64,000 bases of DNA from an uncultured bacterium (lineage in GTDB: Bacteria; Joyebacterota; Joyebacteria; Joyebacterales; Joyebacteraceae), in NCBI GenBank assembly GCA_964516845.1, contig CAZEXP010000002.1, forward strand, positions 61,477 to 125,476, given 5' to 3'. Positions 48,303-58,469 of the stretch are shown piece by piece. How positions within the stretch are numbered: the stretch's first letter is position 1; every line of letters begins with the position of its first letter. Both the position numbers and the translations under genes were made by a program. Below the pieces are notes generated by a model. The model made no database searches. It worked only from the letters and a program-made list of their open reading frames with translations, and was not told where the DNA came from.

Positions 48303-49823
48303 GTGATTCCGACGGCCTGGCCGGAGGCCGGGCAATGGCCGAACGACAACATCATCGGGACCGACCCGCAGCTGTCCGATCCGGACAAGCTCGATTTCAC
48401 GCTCAAGAGCGGCTCCCCCGCCGTCGGGTACGGATGCCAGACATTCGCATCGTCTCCGCCGGCGATTCGGCTGGCGGGAAGCGAAACGGCGTCACGCCTG
48501 CCCGCTGCCGGCGATCCCGGCCTGTGCAGCGCCGCGAGCGCTTCCGTCCCTGCTCACCGCACGCGAAGCCTCATCGAAGTATCGGGCGACCTGACGGTCG
48601 ACACGCTCTGGGACGCGGACACGGTTCGCGTGACCGGCAACATCACGGTCGTTCACCCGGCGACGCTCACGGTCGCCGCGGGGGCGAACATCGTCTTCGA
48701 GGACCACTACTCACTCACCGTGCTCGGTCGCATACTCGCCATCGGCACCGCCTGTGATCCGATCCTGTTCACAACGGACGAACCGGAGGCCTTCGCGCCC
48801 GACTCGACGACGACCGGCTCGTGGGCCGGCATCCGATTCCCGTGGACGCCGGCCGCAACAGGCGAATCGCGGCTCGAGTGGTGCACGCTGGAGTACGCGA
48901 AGTCGGTGGACGGTGACGGTCCCGGGGGCGCCATCACGTCGGAGGGATACTCGAATCTGCTGGTGAGGAACTGCATTCTCAGATCGAACGCCGCGGTCTA
49001 CGGCGGGGCCGTCGCCTGCACGCACCAGGCTGCGCCGGCCTTCGTCAACTGCCTCTTCGCAGGGAACCGCGCGTTCTGGCACGGCTCGGCCATCTACAGC
49101 GAGTACGGATATCCGTACATCGTTTCCTGCACCTTCGCCGACAACCACGTCGACAACGGCAACCAGTACGAGCGGACCGGCGTCGTGCACAACCACATCG
49201 GCAAACCTTCGATGATCGGCTCTGTCGTGTGGGGGAACATCTCCCCGTACTACCTGCCCGGCGAACTGACGGAGTGCAAGCCGTTCTACACGACCTACTC
49301 GTGCGTCGAGGAGGGCGGCGGCGGGACCGGCAGCATCGACGCTGACCCGCTCTACACCGGGTTCGGGCCGGCGGCCTTCTCCCCCGTCCCCTGGTCACCG
49401 TGCGTCAACGCGGGGCCGGCGGACACGACCGCTCTCAGACTTCCGACCGGCGATCTGGTCGACGGCGCGCGTATCGCCGAAGGGCGAGTCGACATGGGCT
49501 GCTACGAACCGGTCCCGATGACCGTCGTCGACCCGATGGAGCCGACGCTCGCACTCTCGGCGCCGTTCCCAAACCCGACGCGCGGCCGCTGCGAACTCGC
49601 GTTCTCTCTGGCGACGGACGCGGCATTCTCTGTTGATGTCTATGATGTGGCCGGGCGACACGTGAGGATGCTCCACTCGGGAAGCGCTTCTCCGGGACGG
49701 CACAGTGTCACATGGGATGGCGGGAACGACTCGGGCGAGAACGTTTCGGCGGGAGTCTACTTTGCGCGGCTCTCGGTCGGCGGACACGGTGACGCCACGA
49801 GCAAGATCGTGCTCATCAGGTAG
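48303..49823 (+). CDS. Right-handed parallel beta-helix (pectate-lyase-like) protein, C-terminal portion with T9SS sorting domain
   Basis: It carries two 'DP..D....DF.L..GSP' beta-helix end-caps, 'NC.F.GN.A' repeats and a Por_Secre_tail ('KIVLIR'). It has no signal peptide of its own and is contiguous in frame with 47604..48302. Confidence 0.65.
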   Translation: MIPTAWPEAGQWPNDNIIGTDPQLSDPDKLDFTLKSGSPAVGYGCQTFASSPPAIRLAGSETASRLPAAGDPGLCSAASASVPAHRTRSLIEVSGDLTVDTLWDADTVRVTGNITVVHPATLTVAAGANIVFEDHYSLTVLGRILAIGTACDPILFTTDEPEAFAPDSTTTGSWAGIRFPWTPAATGESRLEWCTLEYAKSVDGDGPGGAITSEGYSNLLVRNCILRSNAAVYGGAVACTHQAAPAFVNCLFAGNRAFWHGSAIYSEYGYPYIVSCTFADNHVDNGNQYERTGVVHNHIGKPSMIGSVVWGNISPYYLPGELTECKPFYTTYSCVEEGGGGTGSIDADPLYTGFGPAAFSPVPWSPCVNAGPADTTALRLPTGDLVDGARIAEGRVDMGCYEPVPMTVVDPMEPTLALSAPFPNPTRGRCELAFSLATDAAFSVDVYDVAGRHVRMLHSGSASPGRHSVTWDGGNDSGENVSAGVYFARLSVGGHGDATSKIVLIR

Positions 49824-49826
49824 GCC

Positions 49827-50591
49827 CTACTTCCCCAGGACTTCCCTGACGAGCATCGGCATCACCTCGCCGGCCTTCCCCTGAAGGAAGATGTCCGTGT
49901 AGTCGTTCGTGTAGGTCGAGGGGATCGTGTTGACTTCGATAATCGGCTTCCCGACACGCTTGGCCGCGAGCGGCACGTGCGCCGCGGGCAGCACCTCACC
50001 CATCGTCCCGATGACCAACGCGAGCGACGACGCCTCGGCCGCGTCGAACGACGCCTGCGCCACGTCCTCCGGGATCACTTCGCTGAAGAACACGAAGTCC
50101 GGTTTGAGCACACCACCGCAGCCCCCGCACATCGGAAGCGGCGCTTCGAGGTCTGCATATTTGCGTTCGTAGACGACGCCACACTTCATGCAGTGGAGCG
50201 TCTCCGTCGTACCGTGGAACTCGAGCACGTTCCGGCTTCCGGCCGCCTGATGGAGCCCGTCGATGTTCTGCGTCACGACGGCCCGCACGAACCCGGCCCT
50301 CTCGAGCTCGACGATAGCCGTGTGCGCCGGATTCGGCACCGCATGCATGATCGCATCGAAGAAGAGCTCCTTGACTATCGGCCAGCACACCTCCGGCTCA
50401 CGCATGAAGCGGCCGAGTTCGATGAAGCTCGGGTCGTGTGTCTCCCACAGACCGTCGGGCCCCCTGAACGGCGGCACGCCGCTCTCGACCGAGATACCCG
50501 CGCCCGTGAAGACGAGGATATTCCCCAACCGCCTGATGAGGGCCGCCGCCTCCTTGAGGAGGGCAATGTCCACCGTGTTGTCCTGCGTCAT
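49827..50591 (-). CDS. cobB: NAD-dependent protein deacylase, Sir2 family
   Basis: 'GAGISVESGVPPFRG', 'TQNIDGLH' and the Zn ribbon 'CMKCG...CGGCGG' are present. Confidence 0.85.
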   Translation of the reverse strand: MTQDNTVDIALLKEAAALIRRLGNILVFTGAGISVESGVPPFRGPDGLWETHDPSFIELGRFMREPEVCWPIVKELFFDAIMHAVPNPAHTAIVELERAGFVRAVVTQNIDGLHQAAGSRNVLEFHGTTETLHCMKCGVVYERKYADLEAPLPMCGGCGGVLKPDFVFFSEVIPEDVAQASFDAAEASSLALVIGTMGEVLPAAHVPLAAKRVGKPIIEVNTIPSTYTNDYTDIFLQGKAGEVMPMLVREVLGK

Positions 50592-50594
50592 CGT

Positions 50595-52346
50595 CTAGCC
50601 CTTCGCCTGCGCCTTCTGGATCCTGCCCCAGGTGTCCCTCAGACCCACGGAGCGATTGAACACGAGCCGGTCGGGTCTCGAATCGACGGAGTCGGGTGTG
50701 AAGTACCCGTTCCGGAGGAACTGGTACGGCACACCGGCCACCGCGTCGCGGAGCCCGGGCTCGAGCATGCATACGGTCAGCACCTTCAGCGATTCCGGGT
50801 TGAGCAGGCCTGCGAAATCGAACGTCCTCGACGGCGGCTCGTCACCCGCGGCGCCTGCTGCGGCATCGTCGGGAGCCGTCACGACCTCCTCGTCGACCGC
50901 CTCCTCGCGGAACAGGTAGTCGAACAACCGAACCTCCGCCGGCACGGCGTGTTCCGCGGAGACCCAGTGGAGCGTGCCCTTGACCCGCCGCCCGTCCGGC
51001 GCGTCCCCGCCGCGGGATCCCGGATCGTACGTACACCGGAGTTCCACGACCTCTCCCGCATCGTTCTTCACGACGTCGGTGCACGTGATGAGACAGGCGT
51101 GCTTGAGCCTCACTTCGCTCCCGGGCGAGAGACGGAAGAACTTCTTCGGCGGATCCTCCATGAAGTCCGCGCGTTCGATGTAGACCGTGCGTGAGAACGG
51201 AAGCATCCGCGTCCCTGCCGACTCGTCCTCCGGGTTGTTGATCGCCTCGAACTCCTCGGTCTGGCCGTCAGGGTAGTTCTCGATAGTGACCTTGAGCGGA
51301 TCGAGAACGGCCATCACCCGCAGTGCGCGGCGGTTGAGATCTTCGCGGAGACAGTGCTCGAGGAGCTCGACCTCGATGGTCGTCGGGGTCTTCGCCACTC
51401 CAACGCGCCCGAGGAAATCGCGGATGGCCTCCGGCGTGTACCCGCGCCTCCGCATTCCCGACAGCGTCGGCATCCTCGGGTCGTCCCACCCCGAGACGTG
51501 ACCGTCCTCAACGAGCGTCAGGAGCTTCCGCTTCGAAAGCACCGTCCGCGTGATGTTCAGCCTCGCGAACTCGAGCTGCTGCGGATGGTAGACGCCGAGT
51601 TCGTCCAGGAACCAATCATAGAGCGCGCGATGATCCTCAAACTCGATGGAGCAGTTCGAGTGGGTGATCCGCTCGATCGAATCGGACAGGCAGTGCGTGA
51701 AATCGTACATCGGGTAGATGCACCACGCGTCGCCCGTCCGGTGATGCGTCGCATGGAGGACACGGTACATGACGGGATCACGCATATTGATGTTCGGACT
51801 GGCCATGTCAATCTTCGCCCGGAGTGTGTGGACGCCGTCGGGGAACTCGCCGGCGCGCATCCGAGCGAACAGCTCGAGGTTCTCATCGACCGTGCGATCC
51901 CTGTACGGACTCTTCCGACCCGGCTCGGTCAACGTCCCGCGATACTCGCGCATCTCGTTCTGCGTGAGATCGCAGACATATGCCTTGCCGAGATTGATGA
52001 GCTGGACGGCGAAGTCATGGAGCTGTTCGAAGTAGTCCGAGGCGTAGTGGAGCCTGTCGTCCCAGTCGAACCCGAGCCAGCGGATGTCGGCCTGGATCTG
52101 CTCGACGTACTCCGTTTCTTCGGTGCATGGATTCGTGTCGTCGAATCTGAGATTGCACAGCCCGCCGTACTCCCCGGCGATGGAGAAGTTCAGATTGAAG
52201 GCCTTCGCATGGCCGATGTGGAGATTGCCGTTCGGCTCCGGGGGAAAGCGCGTCTGCACGCGACCCTCATACCGGCCGGACGCCAGGTCCTCCTCCACCT
52301 TCGCCCGCACGAAATCCAGGCTCCTCTTCTCCTCCGGGTTCGTCAC
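50595..52346 (-). CDS. glnS: Glutaminyl-tRNA synthetase
   Basis: HIGH ('LHIGHAK'), '[10 protein letters not shown]' and KMSKS-region homology align with E. coli GlnRS. Confidence 0.9.
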   Translation of the reverse strand: MTNPEEKRSLDFVRAKVEEDLASGRYEGRVQTRFPPEPNGNLHIGHAKAFNLNFSIAGEYGGLCNLRFDDTNPCTEETEYVEQIQADIRWLGFDWDDRLHYASDYFEQLHDFAVQLINLGKAYVCDLTQNEMREYRGTLTEPGRKSPYRDRTVDENLELFARMRAGEFPDGVHTLRAKIDMASPNINMRDPVMYRVLHATHHRTGDAWCIYPMYDFTHCLSDSIERITHSNCSIEFEDHRALYDWFLDELGVYHPQQLEFARLNITRTVLSKRKLLTLVEDGHVSGWDDPRMPTLSGMRRRGYTPEAIRDFLGRVGVAKTPTTIEVELLEHCLREDLNRRALRVMAVLDPLKVTIENYPDGQTEEFEAINNPEDESAGTRMLPFSRTVYIERADFMEDPPKKFFRLSPGSEVRLKHACLITCTDVVKNDAGEVVELRCTYDPGSRGGDAPDGRRVKGTLHWVSAEHAVPAEVRLFDYLFREEAVDEEVVTAPDDAAAGAAGDEPPSRTFDFAGLLNPESLKVLTVCMLEPGLRDAVAGVPYQFLRNGYFTPDSVDSRPDRLVFNRSVGLRDTWGRIQKAQAKG

Positions 52347-52373
52347 GAAGTCTGCCCCATGATGTAACCCTCC

Positions 52374-53900
52374 TTACGCTTCGAGGCTTCCGACCGCCGC
52401 CTCGACCGCTTCAAGGATCTCGCACGACTTCACGAGAGCCTGCATCGTCGTGTGGTCCGGATAGAGCGGACGGTCGACGTCGAGAAACGCCACGTGCTTC
52501 CTGATGACGTCATGCGCGACCGTTGTGCCCTTCGCCTTCTCGAACTCCCTGAAATCCATCGCCTGCGCCGCCGCCATGAATTCGATGCCGATGATCCCGT
52601 AGGCGTTGTCGATGATCTGATGGTTCTTGATGGCCGTGTTCATGCCCATCGAGACGAAGTCCTCCTGGTCGGCCGCGGCCGGAATCGACTGGATGCTCGC
52701 CGGAGCCGAGAGGATGCGCTGCTCGACGATGAGACTGTCGGCCGTGTACTGCGAGAGCATCATCCCCGACATCATCCCCGCGCCCTTCGACAGGAACGAC
52801 GGCAGACCGACCGAGAGCGCCGGGTTCGTCAACCGGTTCAACCGCCGCTCGGACAGCACGCAGATCATCGTGATGGCCGCGCCCGCCATGTCCATCGGCA
52901 GGCAGACCGGCGACCCCTGGAAGTTGGCGCCCGTGAGCGTCAGCTTGAACTCGGGGAAGAAGATCGGGTTGTCGCCGACGCCGTTGAGCTCGATTTCGAC
53001 CTGGCTCCTGGCATACGCCACCGCGTCATGCGCCGCGCCGATGACCTGCGGGGTCGACCGCATCGAGTAGGCGTCCTGGACCTTCATCTTGAGTCGGCCC
53101 TCGGCCACGTCGCCACCCGCCATGCATGTCCTGAGCGCCTTCGCCGTGCGGACCGCGCCCTTGAACCCGCGGATCTTGTGGAGCCGCTCGTCGTACGGCT
53201 TCGTGTTCGCCATGAGCGCTTCGAGCGACATCGAGCAGGCTATCTCGGCCTGCTTGAGGATACGGTTCATGTCGTAGACATGGATGGCGCTCATCGCCGT
53301 GAGAAGGTTCGACCCGTTGATCGTCGCAAGACCGTCGCGCGCCTGGAGACCCGGGACCGGGATGCCGGCCTTGTCGAGCGCCTCTCTGCCGGGAAGCAGC
53401 TCGCCCTCGTAGTAGGCGTGCCCCTCGCCCATCATCAGAAGCGCGATCTGGCTCATCGGAGCGAGGTCGCCGCACGCGCCGACCGAGCCCTTCTGACAGA
53501 CGAACGGCGTGACTCCCTTGTTGAGCATGGCCACGAGCGTCTGCGTGATCTCGGGACGGCAGCCGGAGTTGCCGTGGCAGTGGACGTTGATCCTGCCGAC
53601 CATCGCGCCGCGAACGTACTCGCTCGGCGCCGGGTCGCCGATGCCGGCGGCGTGGTTGTAGATGAGGTACTTCTGGAACTGCTCGACCTGCTCGTCGTCG
53701 AGGACGACCTCGGAGAACTCCCCGATGCCGGTGTTGACGCCGTACATGATCTCGTGCGCCTTGATCTTGTCCTCGAGCATCGCGCGACAGATGTTGATCC
53801 GTTCGATGGAGTCCGGCGATATCTCGACCTTCTCCCCGTGGCGCGCGATCGCCACCAGCTTCTCGACTGTGAGTCCGCTTCCGTTCAGAACGATTGCCAT
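52374..53900 (-). CDS. Histidine/aromatic amino-acid ammonia-lyase family enzyme (HutH-like) with Ala-Cys-Gly in place of Ala-Ser-Gly
   Basis: A 508-aa HAL/PAL fold with 'GSVGACGDLAPMSQ'. The start is at 'MAIVLNG', preceded by AGGAG. Confidence 0.8.
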   Translation of the reverse strand: MAIVLNGSGLTVEKLVAIARHGEKVEISPDSIERINICRAMLEDKIKAHEIMYGVNTGIGEFSEVVLDDEQVEQFQKYLIYNHAAGIGDPAPSEYVRGAMVGRINVHCHGNSGCRPEITQTLVAMLNKGVTPFVCQKGSVGACGDLAPMSQIALLMMGEGHAYYEGELLPGREALDKAGIPVPGLQARDGLATINGSNLLTAMSAIHVYDMNRILKQAEIACSMSLEALMANTKPYDERLHKIRGFKGAVRTAKALRTCMAGGDVAEGRLKMKVQDAYSMRSTPQVIGAAHDAVAYARSQVEIELNGVGDNPIFFPEFKLTLTGANFQGSPVCLPMDMAGAAITMICVLSERRLNRLTNPALSVGLPSFLSKGAGMMSGMMLSQYTADSLIVEQRILSAPASIQSIPAAADQEDFVSMGMNTAIKNHQIIDNAYGIIGIEFMAAAQAMDFREFEKAKGTTVAHDVIRKHVAFLDVDRPLYPDHTTMQALVKSCEILEAVEAAVGSLEA

Positions 53901-54065
53901 GTCGCTGCTCCTGACGTGCTTCGGTCGGAAAGTCCGGCGTCCCCGGGACGGCCGGGCAGCATGGTCCGACCGGCGCGGGGTCCGCAATGAATGCGTTCCA
54001 ACAATTCTCTCAGGGCGTGCATGCCCGGGCAAGGCCTAACTCAGCGGAGGAAGCCCGACTGGCGC

Positions 54066-54776
54066 TCAGATGCGGCCGAACACGTGGATGCTCGAGGACA
54101 TCACGCCGGGCTCGAACTCCGCGCCCCTGAAATTCGCCAGGCTCTCGACGAGCGCGAACCCCCGCTCGTCGTGGATGGTGATGCAGTCCTCGAAGGTCAG
54201 CGGATAGAGCGTCACGGAGCCTTCGAAGAGCACGGTCTCGCCGCGCACGAGCCGGGTGGCGAACTCCACGCTCGAAGGCGTGATCACGGGGTACCGGCGC
54301 TCGAAGACGACCGCGCCGCCCTCGATCGCGACGTCAGGAAACCGATGCGAGTTCCGAGTCAGCAGATAGTCCCAGTTGACGAACTGGAGAACCCACGGCG
54401 CGCCGGGTCCGGTGAGGTTCGCGAGGTCATCGACGAAGGCCTCGAACGCCGGTCGGGCGATGTGCGACGCGACGTTCCCGATGCAGTACGCGCCGGCGAG
54501 CTCGCCCCCGATGCTGCCGATCTCCGTCATTCCCATCGCCCTGAGATCGAGTTCGGGGTAGCGCGCTCTGGCCGTTTCGATCATCCGTGGGTCAAGATCG
54601 ATACCGATCGGGCTGCGGCCGGTCGAGGCGAGGCTGGCGCAGTAGTCGCCGGTCCCGCACCCGACGTCGAGCACGCGCCCGCGCTCCGGCATCCGGTCCA
54701 GCAGAAAGGTGTCAACGTCCTCCTCGACGGGAAATACCTTGCCGTAGTATTCGGCGAAATCGGAATAGAAGGACAC
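54066..54776 (-). CDS. Class I SAM-dependent methyltransferase
   Basis: 'VLDVGCGTGDY' is motif I. The product is 236 aa. Confidence 0.7.
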   Translation of the reverse strand: MSFYSDFAEYYGKVFPVEEDVDTFLLDRMPERGRVLDVGCGTGDYCASLASTGRSPIGIDLDPRMIETARARYPELDLRAMGMTEIGSIGGELAGAYCIGNVASHIARPAFEAFVDDLANLTGPGAPWVLQFVNWDYLLTRNSHRFPDVAIEGGAVVFERRYPVITPSSVEFATRLVRGETVLFEGSVTLYPLTFEDCITIHDERGFALVESLANFRGAEFEPGVMSSSIHVFGRI

Positions 54777-54842
54777 GTTGCTCCTCCGGTGGTCAGGTCA
54801 AAGGCCGGTGCGCGACGCCCGGACTGTGGAACCCGCCGGCGA

Positions 54843-55511
54843 TCAGGTATCGAGATCGACGACGATGGCGGGATTGATCGGTTCGTACCGCTCGGTCACG
54901 GAACTGGCGTTGATGAACGTCGTCCCGCCGGCCTCGGTCATGCCGGCGCCCTCGTGGATGTGCCCGAAGATGTGGATCTTCGGCCTGACTCTCAGAACGG
55001 CATCCAGCAGGTCGACGCATCCGACACCGGCTCCCCCCGTGGTCGTATCGCCGTGCCCGGCCGGCGGACCGTGCGTGATAAGCACGTCGGTCCCGTCGGG
55101 GATGAGGTCCCACCTCTCCTGAAGCGCATCTCCCCGCTCCAGGTTGAAGGCCCAGTCCATGAACGCGGGCTGCCAGGGGCTCCCGTAGAAGGTGACCCCT
55201 TCGATAACGACGGCGCTGTCGCGAAGATAGACGCAGTTCGTCAGCAGCGGCTCGACGCTCGCCGGCGCCCGCTCGAACGGGAAGTCGTGATTCCCCGCGA
55301 TGACGACCTTGTGCGCGTGCGGGAGCTCCCCGAGCCACGCGTTGAACTCCCGCACGTGCTCGGGTTTTCCAGCGCTCGTCATGTCTCCCGCGTGCACGAG
55401 TACGTCGCCCTCGGGAACGTCCGGGATTGCACGATGCTGCGCGTGTGTGTCGCTTATTGCCACGATCCTCACGTCGAGATCACTCCCTCTCCGGCCGCTG
55501 CCCGGGCGCAA
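54843..55511 (-). CDS. Metallophosphoesterase (calcineurin-like)
   Basis: 'ISDTH', 'HAGD', 'GNHD' and 'GHIH' motifs are present. Confidence 0.75.
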   Translation of the reverse strand: MRPGSGRRGSDLDVRIVAISDTHAQHRAIPDVPEGDVLVHAGDMTSAGKPEHVREFNAWLGELPHAHKVVIAGNHDFPFERAPASVEPLLTNCVYLRDSAVVIEGVTFYGSPWQPAFMDWAFNLERGDALQERWDLIPDGTDVLITHGPPAGHGDTTTGGAGVGCVDLLDAVLRVRPKIHIFGHIHEGAGMTEAGGTTFINASSVTERYEPINPAIVVDLDT

Positions 55512-55726
55512 CAGTGTTTCATCTCTGTAACATCAGTCCGGCCGCGCGTTGCACCACCGGGATGTCGACGTTCATGCCATGCTTCGCGGGAACAATCGAA
55601 CGACCCGAGGCCTCTAATCGGCGAAGTGGCAGGAGGCTGGACTCACGGGTGCCCGGGCCGCGTGACGACCCGGGACCGATCGGAGTCCGAAACAAAGGTC
55701 ATTGCCGCACACGTCAGGAGGCCTCA

Positions 55727-56167
55727 ATGTTCAGAAGGTCCGCAATCCTCGTCTTCATCGCGGCGGCTCTCTTCTCGCTCGCCGCACAGGGATGCAGCTC
55801 GGAGAGCATCATGAATCCGGTCGAGGCGGAAACATCGTTCGCCCGGGAAGCGTCCTCATCGGTCACGATCGAGATCCAGGTGTCCCCCGCAATGATCATC
55901 CTCAAGGAAGAGGGCAACTGGGTCACAGTTCACGCCGTCTTCGCCTACTCAAATGTCGAGACCGGAACCGTCGCGCTCAACGGCATCCCCGCAGCGTCCA
56001 CGTTCGCGGACGACTGTGGTGAGCTTGTCGCGAAGTTCGCGCTCGAGGATATCTGTGCGATCGTCGCCCCGCCCGAGGCAACACTCACGCTCACCGGCAT
56101 GACGACGGCCGGAGAGTCGTTCGAGGGCGTCGACACGGTGCGCGTTTCGGAGAAGGGCGGCAGGTAG
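55727..56167 (+). CDS. Putative lipoprotein
   Basis: It has a signal peptide with the lipobox 'LAAQGC', and AGGAGG lies 6 nt upstream of the ATG. No family was assigned. Confidence 0.55.
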   Translation: MFRRSAILVFIAAALFSLAAQGCSSESIMNPVEAETSFAREASSSVTIEIQVSPAMIILKEEGNWVTVHAVFAYSNVETGTVALNGIPAASTFADDCGELVAKFALEDICAIVAPPEATLTLTGMTTAGESFEGVDTVRVSEKGGR

Positions 56168-56243
56168 ACCCCCGACCCCCGGGCCGACCGCACGACTCGA
56201 TTCAAAGAAAGGCGGCTCGTCGCGACACGTCCCCTTGGCGCAC

Positions 56244-56873
56244 CTAGTCCGTCGCGACGACGCCGTCCTTCTTCAGATTCCCCGCAATCTCCCGCGAGAC
56301 CGACTGCAGGAAGGCCACTCGACCGACCGACGGATCACCGGACGTACTTGCCAGAGCTCGCCAGACGACCTCCTCGCTCTTGCGATCGATGAGCTCCGCC
56401 TTGAAGTCAGCCCATGCGTTGACATCCACGCTTCCGCCCGTCCAGTGCGTCGAGTGATGCACCCGACCTGTGTACGGATTCACGCGGGAGACGGTGTAGC
56501 GAGCCGGCGGGATGTGCCGTCTCGTCGCCCCGGCGTCGGTGAGCGCGACCGTCAGCACCGCGTCGATCCCACGCTCGCTGAGCTTCTGTTTGCGGTCAGC
56601 GAGCGTGTACTTCCTGCCTCCGAAGAAGAGCTTGTACTCCGCCACGGCGTTGACCCCGATCGCCTCCAGCTCCTCGACGAGGTAGTCTTCGGCGCTCTGC
56701 AAGAGCAGTTCGTCATCAAGCTCGAACCAGACGAGCACGTAGTGGTAGGGACCACCCTCGTAGTCGGGCGAGACCTGCGAGCGGAGATTCGTTGTCGCGC
56801 ACCCTCCTGCCGCGAGGGCGAGAGCCGCCAGCGCGATGATCAGGATCGCGACACGTGTGATTCTTCCTGCCAT
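56244..56873 (-). CDS. Putative lipoprotein (DUF4136-like)
   Basis: It has a signal peptide with the lipobox 'LAAGGC'. The N-terminal region is Tyr/Asp-rich and similar to DUF4136. Confidence 0.5.
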   Translation of the reverse strand: MAGRITRVAILIIALAALALAAGGCATTNLRSQVSPDYEGGPYHYVLVWFELDDELLLQSAEDYLVEELEAIGVNAVAEYKLFFGGRKYTLADRKQKLSERGIDAVLTVALTDAGATRRHIPPARYTVSRVNPYTGRVHHSTHWTGGSVDVNAWADFKAELIDRKSEEVVWRALASTSGDPSVGRVAFLQSVSREIAGNLKKDGVVATD

Positions 56874-56944
56874 GGTCCTTCGCTCCTTTCTCACTGCAGT
56901 GCCTTCTGTCGACCGTACGGGTGAAAGGCGTCCGCCTCGCGGAC

Positions 56945-57364
56945 CTACTCCCCGACGATCTTGACGAGCACACGCTTCCGTCGACCGCCATCGAACTCGC
57001 CGTAGAAGATCTGTTCCCACGGACCGAAGTCCAGGGCGCCGTCGGTGACGGCCACGACGACCTCGCGCCCCATGACCTGGCGTTTGAGATGCGCATCGCC
57101 GTTGTCCTCACCGGTCCGGTTGTGGCGGTAGTGCGACGTCGGCTCGTGCGGCGCCAGTCCCTCGAGCCACTCATCGTAGTCCGCATGAAGCCCCCGCTCG
57201 TCATCGTTGATGAAGACCGAGGCGGTGATGTGCATCGCGTTGACGAGCACAAGCCCTTCAGTGATGCCGGACTCCTCGAGCGCCTCCTCGACGTCGGGCG
57301 TGATGTTGACGAATGCGCGCCGGGACGGGACATCGAACCAGAGTTCCTTGCGGTGGCTCCTCAT
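56945..57364 (-). CDS. YjbQ/UPF0047 family protein (secondary thiamine-phosphate synthase-like)
   Basis: 'HTTASVFINE', 'YRHN' and 'DNGDAHLK' are conserved YjbQ motifs. Confidence 0.75.
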   Translation of the reverse strand: MRSHRKELWFDVPSRRAFVNITPDVEEALEESGITEGLVLVNAMHITASVFINDDERGLHADYDEWLEGLAPHEPTSHYRHNRTGEDNGDAHLKRQVMGREVVVAVTDGALDFGPWEQIFYGEFDGGRRKRVLVKIVGE

Positions 57365-58350
57365 CAGGACTGCGCCTCCGATGTCTTCATGAACTGGACC
57401 CGCTCGTAGCTCGCGGGATCCTCGCTCGCCTCCTGGCTCATCCTGCCCCGGAAATCGGCGACCGATGAGAACTCGTGCGCGTCCATCCACGACGAGACCT
57501 CATCGAGGATCACGCCGATGCGCGGCACGCCGTGCTGGTAGAGCACCGAGCACAGCTCGACGGCGGCGGCCCCGGCGAGGAGCATCTTCACAACGCCCTT
57601 GCCGTCGTGCACGCCGGTGGTTGCGACGAGATCACAGGGCAGTTGGCCCGACAACAGGGCGATCCACCGCAGCGGGACGAGCATCTCGGAGGGCTCGCTC
57701 AGATAGCTCGCCGCGATCGTCTCCATCTCCTCGATGTCGAAGTCGAACCGGGCGAACCGGTTGAACATGACGAGCGCGTCGGCTCCTCCCTCCGCCAGCG
57801 CGTGCGCCGTATGCGCGATGCTGGAGAAACGCGACCCGATCTTGAGCGCCACGGGGATGGTCACCTGTTCCTTCACCGCGGCGAGCACGTCGAAGTAGAC
57901 CTGCTCGTAGAATCGTCCGTCGCGCTCGACGTCCGAGGGAAGCACGAAGATGTTGAGTTCGAGCGCGTCCGCTCCCGCCTGTTCGACCCGCTTCGCGAAG
58001 TCGGTCCAACCACCCGCCGACACGCAGTGGACACTCGCGATGACCGGGATTGACAGCTCCTTCTTCGCATTCGAGATGAGCTCTATGAATCGCCGGACGG
58101 CCTTCTCTCGTCCATAGTTGCGGATGTAGTCGGCCGCCTCGGCGTGAGCGTACGGCGTCTCACCGGACGCGATGATCCCGTCGACCTCCGCGGATATCTG
58201 TTCCTCGAAGATGGACTTCAGCACGACCGCCCCGGCCCCCGCCTCCTCGCACGCCTTGAGCCGCTCGAGCGAACTCGTCAGCCCCGAACTCGCGACGATG
58301 ACGGGGTTTCTGAGGTCGAGCCCCATGAGTTTCGTTGAGAGATCGGCCAT
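57364..58350 (-). CDS. Dihydroorotate dehydrogenase-like (class 1 DHOD/DHPD fold) protein
   Basis: '[18 protein letters not shown]' and a TIM-barrel flavoprotein pattern are present. The start is preceded by AGGAGG. Confidence 0.65.
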   Translation of the reverse strand: MADLSTKLMGLDLRNPVIVASSGLTSSLERLKACEEAGAGAVVLKSIFEEQISAEVDGIIASGETPYAHAEAADYIRNYGREKAVRRFIELISNAKKELSIPVIASVHCVSAGGWTDFAKRVEQAGADALELNIFVLPSDVERDGRFYEQVYFDVLAAVKEQVTIPVALKIGSRFSSIAHTAHALAEGGADALVMFNRFARFDFDIEEMETIAASYLSEPSEMLVPLRWIALLSGQLPCDLVATTGVHDGKGVVKMLLAGAAAVELCSVLYQHGVPRIGVILDEVSSWMDAHEFSSVADFRGRMSQEASEDPASYERVQFMKTSEAQS

Positions 58351-58469
58351 CTGGCCCTCCTTCTTCAGTGGGTGCGATACTCCGTGTCCACACGCGTCGC
58401 ACGTCCCGCGGACGCCGGTGTTCCAGAGATGCCGTTGCGCCGCGGCCGCCGGCGCCCGGATGCATGGTA

